Assembly: GCF_004010195.1 (NCBI RefSeq) | Contig: NC_057719.1 | Span: 24,932,750-24,996,749 of the forward strand | Source: Chiloscyllium plagiosum | Taxonomy: Eukaryota | Length of the DNA stretch: 64,000 bases | Reading direction: 5' to 3' | Shown: in pieces, positions 12,514 through 24,485 of the stretch | How positions within the stretch are numbered: the first letter of the stretch is position 1 | Layout: every line of letters starts with the position of its first letter | Position numbers and translations under genes: made by a program | Notes under the pieces: generated by a model | What the model was told of the DNA's origin: nothing | Databases searched by the model: none | What the model saw: the letters and a program-made list of their open reading frames with translations, nothing else

Positions 12514-13697
12514 CTGCTCGACCTTCACACTAACATGCTTGTGAACAGCTTAAACATTAATGAATGTTATTTCAACAACCTGAATTACAATCAATACTTT
12601 CAATTAATAATGAGATTAAAACCAAATCACTGCATTTTTGATGGTGCAGCACTCACACATTGGAGTGTTAAATTAACTATTTTTGTTGTTTTCCTCATAG
12701 TGGTACTTGAACCTTTGATATGGAGGTGAGACTTCTACCCGCTGGGATATGGCTGGTTCCACTTTTTGTTTAATTACTTTGAAAAGAATACACAATTAGG
12801 TGGATTATTAACAGCCATTTTTAAAAACTCTCGGTACTGTGCTTGAAAACATGTGCATAATGATTATTTTAAGTGTGCATGCTCCTAAAGAGGTAGGAAA
12901 TAGAGAATACCATCAAGGAATATGGGGACATCCCATTTTCGATGGCATTGAAGTAGATTAATCAACCATGATCCAGAATAATGAAGCAGGCTCAAGAGCT
13001 GAATGGCCTACTCCTGCTCCTATGATCCTACAGCAAAAACAAATACAGAAAATACTCCCCATATCTGGCAGCCTCTGTGGAAAGAGAAACAGTTTGCTCC
13101 ATATGTTCAATTTGATATTAGATACAGCCCACTTTGTCTTATATTAAATATAATATCCACCTTCAAATGTGCATTTCCTACAACTCACATAACTTTTTGA
13201 AACATGGTGATGTATAGCTTTTAATTCTTATATTGTACCAATTTATCAGGTGTTTTTCCCTGCTAACTTTTGTCCACTGTATTCAAATCAGTTCACCTCA
13301 CAAGAGCCCAGTCTTGGGTCAGTAGGACTAAAACAACCAACCCACAGTGAAATAAACAATCTCAGAATGTGATGTCTTCCTTCAAAAAACTTAAATTTAA
13401 TAGACCTAAGCTATACTATATATTTCCCAGACACTGTTTAGAATGTATACTCCTTAAGGAGAATCTAAGAGAATGGAGTTTAAGTTATAACTAAAAACTG
13501 TACTAATTTTACGATTTCATGAAATAAACTGCTATACCAAAATCTATCAAAAATGTAATATCAGATCTAATAGAATCCAAGGTGCTGTTACCTTTAAGTA
13601 TTCAGAATATCTAAAATCTGGGAATAACCAAGAATAGGATGTCCATCAGCATTTAAAATAAAGTTTTACTTAAGGCCCAAAGCCAGTAATCTATTTT

Positions 13698-14381
13698 AGA
13701 ACATAGAACATAGAACAATACAGCACAGAACAGGCCCTTCGGCCCACGATGTTGTGCCAAACATTTGTCCTAGCTTAAGCACCCATCCATGTACCTATCC
13801 AATTGCCGCTTAAAGGTCGCCAATGATTCTGACTCTGCCATTCCCACAGGCAGCGCATTCCATGCCTCCACCACTCTCTGGGTAAAGAACCTACCTCTGA
13901 CATACCCCCTATACCTTCCACCCTTCACCTTAAATTTATGTCCCCTTGTCCACATCTTTCCTAAAGTGAGGCGACCAGAACTGCACAGAGTACTCCAAAT
14001 GTGGCCTAACCAAAGTCCTGTGCAGCTGTAACATCACTTTACGACTCTTGAATTCAATCCCTCTGCTAATGAAGGATAATACTCCATAGGCCTTCTTACA
14101 AACTCTATCCACCTGAGTGGCAACTTTCAAAGATCTATGAGCATAGACCCCAAGATCCCTCTGTTCCTCCACCTTACTAAGAACCCTACCGTTAACCCTG
14201 TATTCCGCATTCTTATTTGTCCTTCCAAAATGGACAACCTCACACTTGGCAGGGTTGAACTCCATCTGCCACTCCTCAGCCCAGCTCTGCATCATATCTA
14301 AGTCCCTTTGCTGCCGATAACAGCCCTCCTCACTATCCACAACTCCACCAATCTTTGTATCATCTGCAAATTTACTGACCC
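13698..14381 (-). mobile_element. CR1 LINE with internal deletion and (TAGAACA)n-type tail
   Basis: ORFs 13936-14340 (WQMEFNPAKCEVVHFG) and 13770-13955. Confidence 0.88.
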
Positions 14382-14977
14382 GAATTTTCTCCCAATTGGG
14401 AAAAAAATCTTTTGAGTGCTATTAGTAGGATTAATTGGACCTCTACAGCTATACACATCTTAATTGCTTTATTGAATTCAACGGTGGAAAAAACTTTATT
14501 GTCACCATCACAGACAGAATATACATGCTCCCCTACTGCCTGTCATCATATGTTTTGTATGGAAAGGATTGGATCCTGCAGCGTTTCGTTCCAAATAAAT
14601 AATTCAGCAGCAAGTTTTAATGAGTTTAAACTAAAATAACCATCATTTATTCTCACACACTTGCCCGAAATACTGTAATGTTTTACACATGCATTCTCAC
14701 ACACCCACTCACATACACAAAGAATGGATAGAGATAAATATAGAGCATATCTAAGGATTACAGTTAACTCAGTCTTTGATCTCCACTTTCCCACATAGAA
14801 GGTTTGTGGATTTTAAATGGGTGTGATGAAGTTGAAGTAATGGTCTTGTAAAATGAAGTGCTTATGGCAGATTGTGAGGAATCTTGTAGTCAGCTACCTT
14901 ACAGTTGAGTTGTCAGATAAACCTGAAGTTAGAACAGTTTGGGGAGATTGCAACTTTGAGTTAAGATGGCCCACATG

Positions 14978-15378
14978 CATAGAGACATACAGCATGGAAA
15001 CAGACCCTTCGGTCCAATTCGTCCATGCCGACCAGATATCCTAAATCAATCTAGTCCCAATTGCCAGCACTTGGCCCATATCCTCTAAACCTTTCCTACT
15101 CATATACCCACCCAGATGCCGTTTAAATGTTGCAATTGTACCAGTCTCCACCGCTTCCTCTGGCAGCTCATTCTATACACTTTCCATGAAAAAGTTACCC
15201 CTTAGGTCCCTTTTAAACTTTTCCCCTCTCACCCTATGCCCTGTAGTTCTGAACTCCGCCACCCCAGGGAAAAGACCTCGCCTTCTTACACCATCCATGC
15301 CCCTTATGATTGTATAAACCTCCATAAGGTCACCCCTCCACCTCTGATACTCCAGGGAAAACAGCCCCAGCCTATTCA
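14978..15378 (-). mobile_element. CR1 LINE 3' end
   Basis: ORF 15173-15379 LGLFSLEYQRWRGDLMEVY plus the 3' UTR. Confidence 0.85.
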
Positions 15379-18300
15379 AAGTACTATTATGAATTGTCTT
15401 GGCTACTTGATGACTTGCAGCTAGTTTGTGGTTTGCTTTCTGATCAACTGATGACTAACTACAGTTTATTAAAAAGCAGACAAAAACATGGTTGCCTCAC
15501 CTGTGACTGCCCACAAGTTCAAGTCCTTTTCCAAATAAGGGTTTAGACTCATAGTAGTTCTATAGCCTATGTCATGGTTTTATGTTGACATTCACCCTGG
15601 TGGTTTAAAACAGTTAGTGTCTTTGTTTTAAAATAACCCATTCAATCAGATAATATCCATTTGATTGTTTTCAGGGAAGGACATAACCTCGCATCAGTGT
15701 GGATCCTCTTTTGTTCCCTCTGGAAAGATATGATGGCTTCAATTCACACAAAATTAGTCAGTTGAGCTGGGGTGGCTATATTTTTTAGTTACTTTTTACC
15801 CAGCTTTTAAAATGTAAAATCATTCTGAAGTTCAGAATGTGATCTGCCTGCACTTGGTTATGACACCATTTTAAAATTTCAAACAGGAAACTGACATGAA
15901 ACTTTATGCCTGGCCTTGCATTTTCTACATGGCTATATGCCAACTTAGAGATTACTGACAAACAGAAAATCATTACATGGTCTCTTAATTTGTTGTTGGG
16001 TCACATATAGGAATTGACAGACTTAAGTTTGAGAGATAAAAACAGAAAATGCTAGACAAACACAACTGGTGAAAGCAGAGTTAACATTTTGAGTCTCAAT
16101 TCTAAAGAAGTCATATTAGACTCAAAACATTAACACTTTCTGCTTCTCCACAGAAACTACCAAACCTTTCAAGTTCCTTCTGTCATTTTATTTCTTTATA
16201 TTAGATTTTTTTAAAAAAAGTATTCATTTTTGGGAGTTGGGCATCGCTGGCTGATCAGTATTGGTAGCCCATCCCCAACTGCCCTTGAGAAGGTGGTGGT
16301 GAGACCCAACGACTATGAAGGAACAGCAATATATTTCCAAGTCAGGGTGGTGAGTGGCTTGGAGGGGATCTCCAGCATCTACGGTGCTTTGCTTTTGTTT
16401 ACATTCAAGAAAACTACTACAGAAAGTTGCCAGAAGATAGGCAAGCTTCTACATTTTACTACTGTGGCACTTATTAAAGTCCCTATAAATAAGTCACTTA
16501 TCAATAAATGAAAGAATACTTTTTTTCACAAATTAAACAATATACCATACCAAGCACCAAAATAAAGAAGGTTACTTGATATAATTTGTATTTTCAACTA
16601 TGAATTTTGATCCTGGTACTTGAAGACAAAGTTGTGTGCTAATTCAGATGCATTTCAGTAATTGTATCTGCTGTCAGCCATCACATTTCTTGAATCATTT
16701 TTAATCAGTGACAATATTGAAAAACATAATCCATAAACAGCAGCAGCACTGACCAATACAGTGAGCTACATCGATGGCAACGTTGATTGAAAAGGTGTAA
16801 TTTTGTTGTGTTGTGACTGAAGCTCTATGTAAATGGTTAAAATTTCCAAAGAGAAAAAGGTTCAAATACAATATTTCTTAAACAACACCAATCTTGGTTA
16901 ATCATCATACTGCTATCTTTAACATGTAATAAAGGATTTAATAATGTTTGGCAGGTAGAAAATCATTACTAACATTTTTGAACCAACTATGATTAAAATT
17001 TTCTGTTGATTTGTTGGTAAGATTGTTTGTGAATAATGCATGTCTATTAATTTTAGTCTAATAAACTTCAAGGTCTGTTACTATTTTTCCCAAGTGTAAG
17101 TCTAGAGTTAATTAATGATAGCGTTCTCTTTTTTTAACTGCTTGTGTTAAAATAAATGTCAGGACGTGAGCCTTAAGAACAACTGGCAAATGAAAAATCT
17201 CCCCAGTCAGAACTTTATCAGGTTAAATAACATTCTTAGCAGGACAAAGAAAATAAACCCTAAACAATATTTTCAGGTATGTGGTGTTAGAATGATGAAA
17301 CCAGATTCAAGGTTGTTAATAATAGGACAGATGTCAGACGCAATCTTTTATCTGGAGAATGATCAACAGCACCAATGGTTGTCATGGAAATAGATGTCTG
17401 TTGGCAGGAGAGACCTTGTTAAAGAAAGCTTTTTGTGCTGTAATAGTTCAGATTACTGTTCCACAGGGAGAGCTTATTAGGCAGGGCTGCTCTTTGCAGT
17501 CATCCTTAGAGTTGCATGAGCAAGAGGAGACCACCAGGCTCCTCATTGTGAATGAATAGCTTGTCAATGGAAAGGATTCAGGCAGACGGAAATGGGGAAA
17601 ATAAAAAAAAATCACAGGGGAAATGAATAAAGCAACATTTTGCTTTTAAAAGGTGCATTGTTTCAAACCATAGTTTGTTTAACCATTGAGTGTTGATGCG
17701 ATCGTTTGAGGAATTGATAAGGATTTAAGTTAGTCATACAGCACAAACATGTTGGTTAATGTAAATGGAATGTAAGTCAAGAATGTTTTCTGTCCACAGC
17801 ATTGGATCTCAACTCTGTATTTTGCAGTCAGGTAGCTTGTCGAGTTATTTTGCATTTCCAGTGTATTCTGCTGAAAAACGAAGCTTTGTGTTTAACAATA
17901 TGTAATGAGAAATGGAGATCTTTACACCGCTTATAAATAGATATAGGTAAAAACATTTTAAGAGGAAAGGCTAGATGAATACAATCTTACAAAGTAGGTA
18001 CTCAACTAAATGAAAATCTAAACACACATTAATGGACCAGATTTTCTGAATAGTGGTAATCTCATGCACGTTGCCACTCTGTTCCTTTTACAAAACCACA
18101 GAGTTTCACATTTCTGTCAGAAGATTACAATTAGGGCTCCTCCAGAAATGCAAAGCCTGTAGTGTATTACTTTTCTGATGGCTCTCTTATAGTGCAGAGC
18201 TTTAAGATGGAGGTTAATCATGGCCCCTGTTCACAGCAGTCACAGACTCTATTCTGAATTTTAAAAATCCAGAATAACAGATAGCCACGTTAACAGCTGC

Positions 18301-18997
18301 TATCAAATAGTAAAGAGAGAGATTAAGGTGCCAGATAGCTAGGCGTATGAAAGGGGGAAGACTGCCGGGTAAGTAGGGTGCAAAATTGGATTGGGTGCCA
18401 GATGGATAGGATTTAAGTGTGTAAGAAGGTAGGGTGTCAGGGGTAGTGTGCCAGGATATTAGGTTAGAAGGGGGTCAGGCAAATCATGCTGTGCTTAGGT
18501 AGGCTGGGGGAAGGGAATGGGGTATGCAGATCGGCCCGGAAGTGGGGGAAGGGGAGGCAGTGGGTCTGGATTGTGGGAAAGGAGAACAAGTTCCAGGAGG
18601 GTGGAGAGACAGTTCGGTTCCAGAGAAATGGAAGGGGGGATATAGGGGAAGAGAGAATTGAGAGTGAGGAGAAATGGGGAGCAGGTCTGAATAGGGTGAA
18701 ATGCGTCCAGAGCAGGTGTAGTCAGAGTCCGTGAGGTGTAAATTGTCTAGAGAGGTGAAGTACAAGGATGAATGAGTTAAGTAAGAGGTCAGCTGAATAG
18801 TTAGTCAGGAGTTAAATTACATATTTAAAAATCTAACTTTCATTGTATAATTGTTTGCTTAGTTTATTTGGAACCCGCCAAACTCTCCAATTTTAATGGG
18901 AACTTTCAGAACATTCCAAGTGTAGAGGAATCATCCAACACAAACTTCAACTTGCAGATACATTCTATTTTGTTCCAAAAGCACACAATTTATAGGT

Positions 18998-19702
18998 AGT
19001 TGAAAAGATGGTGCTGGAAAAGCACAGCAGGTCAGGCAACATTCGAGGAGCAGCAGAGTCGATGTTTCAGGCATTAGCCCTTCATCAGGAATGTGGAGGG
19101 GGAGGGGGCTGAGAGATAAATATGTGGGTCTGGATTGAGGGAAAGGACAAGAAGTTCCAGGAGGGGTGGAGATGCAGTTCTGTTCTAGAGCAACGGAAGT
19201 GGGGATATGGGGGAGGGGAGAATCAAAATCGCCCTGTGGCCGACACTTCAACTCCTCCTCCTACTCTGCCAAAGACATGCAAGTCCTAGGCCTCCTCCAC
19301 CGCCTAATCCAAACCACCAGATGACTGGAGGACCCTCCAACCACACAGCATCAACGTCGACTTCACCAGTTTCCTTATCTCCCTTCCCCCACCTCATCCC
19401 AGATCCAAACTTCTAATTTGGCACCACCCTGTTGAACTATTCTACTTGTCCATCTTCCTTCCCACCCATCTGCTCCACCCTCCCCTCCGACCTATCACTA
19501 TCACCATCCCAACTGCACCTACCTATTGCCTTCTGCTACCTTTCCCCCAACCCATCCCTACCCTCCTATTTATCTCTCAGCCCCCTTTCCCCCACCCACA
19601 CACCTGATGAAGGGCTCCTTGGATGCTGCCTGATGTGCTGTGCTTTTCCAGTGTCACATGTTTTGTCTCTGATCTCCAGCATTTGCAGTCCTCACTTTCT
19701 CA
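18998..19702. mobile_element. Degenerate Neptune-type PLE with inverted pLTRs enclosing a copy of nearby DNA
   Basis: Minus pLTR 18998-19122, plus-strand endonuclease remnant and pLTR 19230-19702 ending in the catttgcagtcctcactttc tail. Confidence 0.75.
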
Positions 19703-19759
19703 CAATCTGCAGGCAGTCAGTCTAAGTGAGATTTTATAAATTCCTACTTTGGAAATAGA

Positions 19760-20135
19760 ATCGGTCTGACTCAAGTTTTGAATACAGACAGACTCTAATC
19801 TCAGACCTTTAATGCATTGTCTGAGCTGAGATGTCACTTTTTATAAAATCTTAAGTTATCTTAGGAATGTGACATGAAACAAGTTCTGGAATTTATATAT
19901 TAATAAATTGAAACCTGCAACCCATTCTAAGTTGTTAAAAGACATAACTGCAATCTAGGTTTGTTCAATGCATCACATTAGTTGTATGACACTTTGATCT
20001 TTCACTATACCTGTAAATTCTGTGTCCTATGAATTTGCCCCACTAGCTACCTGATGAAGGAGCTGCGCTCTGAAAGCTTGTACTTCCAAATAAACTTGTT
20101 GGACTGTAACCTGGTGTTGTGTGATTTCTAACTTC
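19760..20135 (+). mobile_element. PLE-derived terminal-repeat element, same family as the 3287-4103 arms
   Basis: Ends ctacCTGATGAAGGAGCTGCGCTCTGAAAGCTTgtacttccaaataaacttgttggactgtaacctggtgttgtgtg. Confidence 0.75.
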
Positions 20136-21681
20136 AGTTTCCCAACAGTTCCTTTTGTGTGCATGGGAATTCCACAGGGTCTCAATGCACATTTCCCATC
20201 TACACAGTAATAAAGACTGGTCAGTGAAAAATTCAGGTCAAATTAAAATGGCACTTGTGGCCAATTTTTAAAAGGTGTAAGAAGCGGTTTAATAATGTAT
20301 TTTAGAAGTTATGTATTATTGCAAATATTCAGATTCAGATTGTTTTGTCACTAAGATTACAATTAGATTGATATAACATTAAAACTGCTTTGCCTCAGCG
20401 CAAAATTGGAACCATGATTGCCAAATTATCTCAGTTTAATCTTGATTTGCTTGATAAATTACACTCTGATTAAGTTGATAAATGTAGAACTTAATTCCAG
20501 CAAAAGGTAAAAGCATACTTTTTATTCTTTCATGAGATGTGAATTTCACTGGTTAGGCTATCATGTGTTGCTACAGGTGTAGGAATGCCTCAATGCTGTT
20601 GGAAAAGGAATTCCAGAAATTTGGCTAACTGACAGTGAAGGGACAGTGATATTGTTCCAAGCAAGTATTGTGTGAGACTTGGAGGAGAACATGCAGGTGG
20701 TGGTATTCCTATATACCCATTGCATCTTCCCTGTGGATGGAAGAGATCACAAATTTTAAAGATGCTGTCAAAGGAGCTTACAAATTGTTGCACTGCATCT
20801 TATTAATAATGCATGTTGCAACCACTGTGTGTCAATGGTACAGAGAGGTAATAATATTGAAGGTAATGGAGGGCTCTAATCAAAAATGTTGCTTTATTGT
20901 GAATGGTGTTGAACATGTTTATATTGTTAAAAACTGGAGTCATCCAGGTAATTAGAGGGTCTGAGGTACTTCACCACATTCTAAATTTTTGTCTTGAAGA
21001 TGATAGGCTCAAGGGAGGTGAGTGGTTTACCTCAGATATCCTAGCTTTGGATCCGTTCTTGTAGACCCTGTATTTACATGATTCTTCCAGATCAATTTCT
21101 GATCAGTGGTGACCCACAATACATTGATGATGGGGGAAATTCAGTGAAGGCAATGTCAGTTAAGATCAATATTTTTGATAGAGATAGTTATTGTCTGGCA
21201 CTTTTGCGGTGTGACTGCTACTTGCTGCTGTATAATATCAGTACTGGAAAGGATTTTTGCATCACACGATAAACTCTATAGATTGGGATATGGGTTCTTG
21301 TGGTACAGTAGTAGTCTCCCTGCCACTGAGACAGGAGACCTGGGTTCAAGTCCCATCTGCTCCAGAGGTGTGTGTTAATATCCCTGAACATTCTTATAAA
21401 GGACTGGTCCTGAGAGGAGCTAACGAGTTTTTAACTGGCTGCCAAAATCTATTTCCAGTGCTTCAGTGTCAGTTTTTTCTAGTGCTGAGTCCTCTTAGCT
21501 AACAGAAATGTGTATTTAGTCTTAAGTAGAGCTGATGTCTCACAGGAGGCTATCAGCTATTTGAGATGCAACTAGCATTGGAATACTATGCAGTAAATCT
21601 TTACTATTCATCAAGATTGAGCCTCATTTCTGCTGAAGATGTTCTGTGGGCATTCCTCCCCTCATGGTAGTAGTAATTAAG

Positions 21682-22367
21682 GATGGAAATGTGTTGCTGG
21701 AAAAGCGCAGCAGGTCAGGCAGCATCCAGGGAACAGGAGAATCGACGTTTCGGGCATAAGCCCTTCTTCAGGAATGGGGAAAGTTTGTCCAGCAGGGTAA
21801 GATAAAAGGTAGGGAGGAGGGACTTGGGGGAGGGGCGTCGGAAATGTGATAGGTGGAAAGAGGTCAAGGTGAGGGTGATAGGTCAGACTGGGGTGGGGGC
21901 GGAGAGGTCGGGAAGAAGATCTCAGGTTAGGAAGGCGGTGCTGAATTTGATGGATTTGACTGAGACAGGCTGGGGTGAGGGGAAATGAGGAAACTGGTGA
22001 AATCTGAGTTCATCCCTTGTGGTTGGAGGGTTCCTAGCCGGAAGATGAGGTGTTCTTCCTCCAACCGTCGTTTTGTTGTGGTCTGACGTTGGAGGAGTCC
22101 AAAGACCTGCATATGCTTGGTGGAGTGGGAGGGGGAATTGAAATGTTGGGCTACAGGGTGGTTGGGTTGGTTGGTCCGGGTGTCCCAGAGGTGTTCTCTG
22201 AAACGCTCCGCAAGTAGGCGGCCTGTCTCCCCAATATACAGGAGGCCACATCGGGTGCAAAGGATGCAATAACTGATATGTGTGAAGGTACAGGTGAATC
22301 TGTGGCGGATTTTCCAGCAACACATTTCCATCTCTGATCTCCAGCATCTGCAGACCTCACTTTCTCC
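21682..22367 (-). mobile_element. Neptune-type PLE (GIY-YIG endonuclease C-terminus, pLTR, inverted tail), 14-bp TSD
   Basis: ORF 21927-22331 FTCTFTHISYCILCTRCGLLYIGETGRLLAERFREHL; TSD tagtagtaattaag at 21668-21681 and 22368-22381; intact minus-strand hammerhead core at ~21744-21771. Confidence 0.92.
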
Positions 22368-22629
22368 TAGTAGTAATTAAGCCCAAACAAATAAAAAAGA
22401 ACTGGAAGTAATGGGTCTACCAAAGTTATCATAGATGGTTCAGGCAGACAATATAATTTGGTATCAGCAGTAGTCTAAAGATAATCTTTAATTCTACAAA
22501 AGCCATCCAATGAGAAGAAAAAAGAAAAATTCAATTTGGGAAAACTGTTAGTGTATCTTTAAATATTCAGCAGTTAAAAAGCACATAGTAACTCAGTTTC
22601 TGGGAATGCAGCAGCCCAGCAATCAGCAG

Positions 22630-22655
<26 letters not shown>
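22630..22655. repeat. (TA)n microsatellite
   Basis: Read directly. Confidence 0.9.
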
Positions 22656-22660
<5 letters not shown>

Positions 22661-23014
22661 CACTAAAATCTAATAGCTGAAAACAGGTAGAAATATTGAA
22701 AACTATTGAACAAGCTTGTCTAGACCTTGGAATTGGCAGAGCTAGAAGAACGAAAATATGAATCATAAACCTAGCAAACATCTACAGCCAGTGGTCACAC
22801 AAAATCAGATAAGCTTCTGAGACAAAGGTTAAAATTCTTACAATTGAGGAAAAATTTTAGGCTGAAAGAAGGCTTAAATTGTTAAATTTATTAAATGAGC
22901 ATTGTTAAAATTATTTAAAATTATTGAGAAAAACTGCAAAAAAACTTTGAAAAGGATTCTTATTAAAAATATATTTGGAGAGAAAAGAATATTTTTAATG
23001 TAAAAACAAAAAAA

Positions 23015-24245
23015 TTAGTAAATTAGATCACATGGGCTTCTGGATGAGCTTGCCAATTGGATACAACATTGGCTTAACAGCAAGAGACAGAGAATGATGG
23101 TGGAGAGTTGTTTTTCGGACTGGAGGCCTGTGACCAGCAGTGTTCCACAAAGATTGGTGCTGGGTCCACTTTGGTTTATCATGTTATAAATGTTTTGGAT
23201 GAGAATATAGAAAGCATGGTTAGTAAGTTTGCCGATTACATCAAAATTGGTGGTCCAGAGGACAGTGAAGAAGGTTATCCAAGATTTCAAAGAGATATTG
23301 ATCAATTGGGTCAATGGACTGAAGAGTGGCAGATGGAGTTTAATTTGAAAAACGGGAAGTGTTGCGTTTTGGTAAAACAAACAAGGACAGGACTTATACA
23401 ATTAAAAGTAGGACCTTAGGTAATATTGTAGAACAGAGACCCAGGATTTTTAAGGTGAGAGGAGAAGGATTTAAAAAAGACAAGGGGTATTGTTTTATAC
23501 AGTCAATCATTCGTGTGTGGAATAATCTTCCAAAGGAAGTGGTAGATACGGGTTCAGTTACAACATAATTCTTTGAAGTTTGCGTCATATATATATATAG
23601 GGTTGTAAAGAAGGCAATTAGTAGGCTTGCCTTCATTGCTCTGATCTTTGAGTATAGGAGTTGAGGCATTATGTTAAGGTTGTACAGAATGTTGGTGAGG
23701 CCTCTGCTAGAGTACTATGTCCAGTTCTGGTTGCCCTGTTATAGGAAGGATATTATTAAGTTGGAGAGAGTTCAGAAGAAATTTACAAGGTTATTGTTGG
23801 GTATGGAGGGCTTGAGTTATAAGGAGAGGCTGGATAGGCTGTGACTTTTTACATTGGAGTATTGGAGGTTGAGGGTTGACATTGCAGAGGTTTATAAAAT
23901 CATGAGGGATTTAGTTAGATAAAGTGAATGGCAGGTATCTGTTCCCTAGGATGGGAAATTTTATGACTATGGGCATATTTTTAAGGTGAGAGGAGAAGGA
24001 TTTAAAAAAGACAAGGGGTATTGTTTTATACAGTCAATCATTCATGTGTGGAATAATCTTCCAAAGGAAGTGGTAGATACGGGTTCAGTTACAACATTTA
24101 AAGGACATTAGATAAGTATATGAATAAAAGATGTTTGGAGGGATATGGGCCAAGTGCAGGCAGGTGGGACTAATTTAGTTTGGGATTACGGCATAGACTA
24201 GTTGGACTGAAGGGTTTGTTTCCATGCTGTATGACTATACGACTG
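23015..24245 (+). mobile_element. Degenerate CR1 LINE (RT C-terminus to 3' tail) with an internal 121-bp duplication
   Basis: SKFADYIKIGG, WQMEFNL motifs; 3' UTR ending tatgactatacgactgta. Confidence 0.85.
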
Positions 24246-24485
24246 TACATGTTTTCTTAAACACACAATAATAGTTAGCAAGTTTTGAGAAGGCGGAACT
24301 CTATTAACAAACATATTGATTTGGATCCCATTTACCACCCTCGAGAAAAATAACTGGAAATGACATCACCATAGGAAATGATGTCACCATAGAAAATGAC
24401 ATCACCAACCCTCGGAAACTCATACATATAAATAGAAAATGGGCTACACCACCAATGTTTTATTCAGAGGCTCACTGAAGATGTT

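Noticed and set aside
12290..12540. Minus-strand KVEQ followed by GTATGA as a possible UNC79 first coding exon (MSTKAEQF)
   Set aside because: No in-frame ATG, wrong phase, and the match is the PLE target site.
24355..24410. Three ~18-bp repeats (gaaatgacatcaccata) superficially like an array
   Set aside because: No spacers; internal tandem repeat of a PLE 3' region in a eukaryotic genome, not CRISPR.
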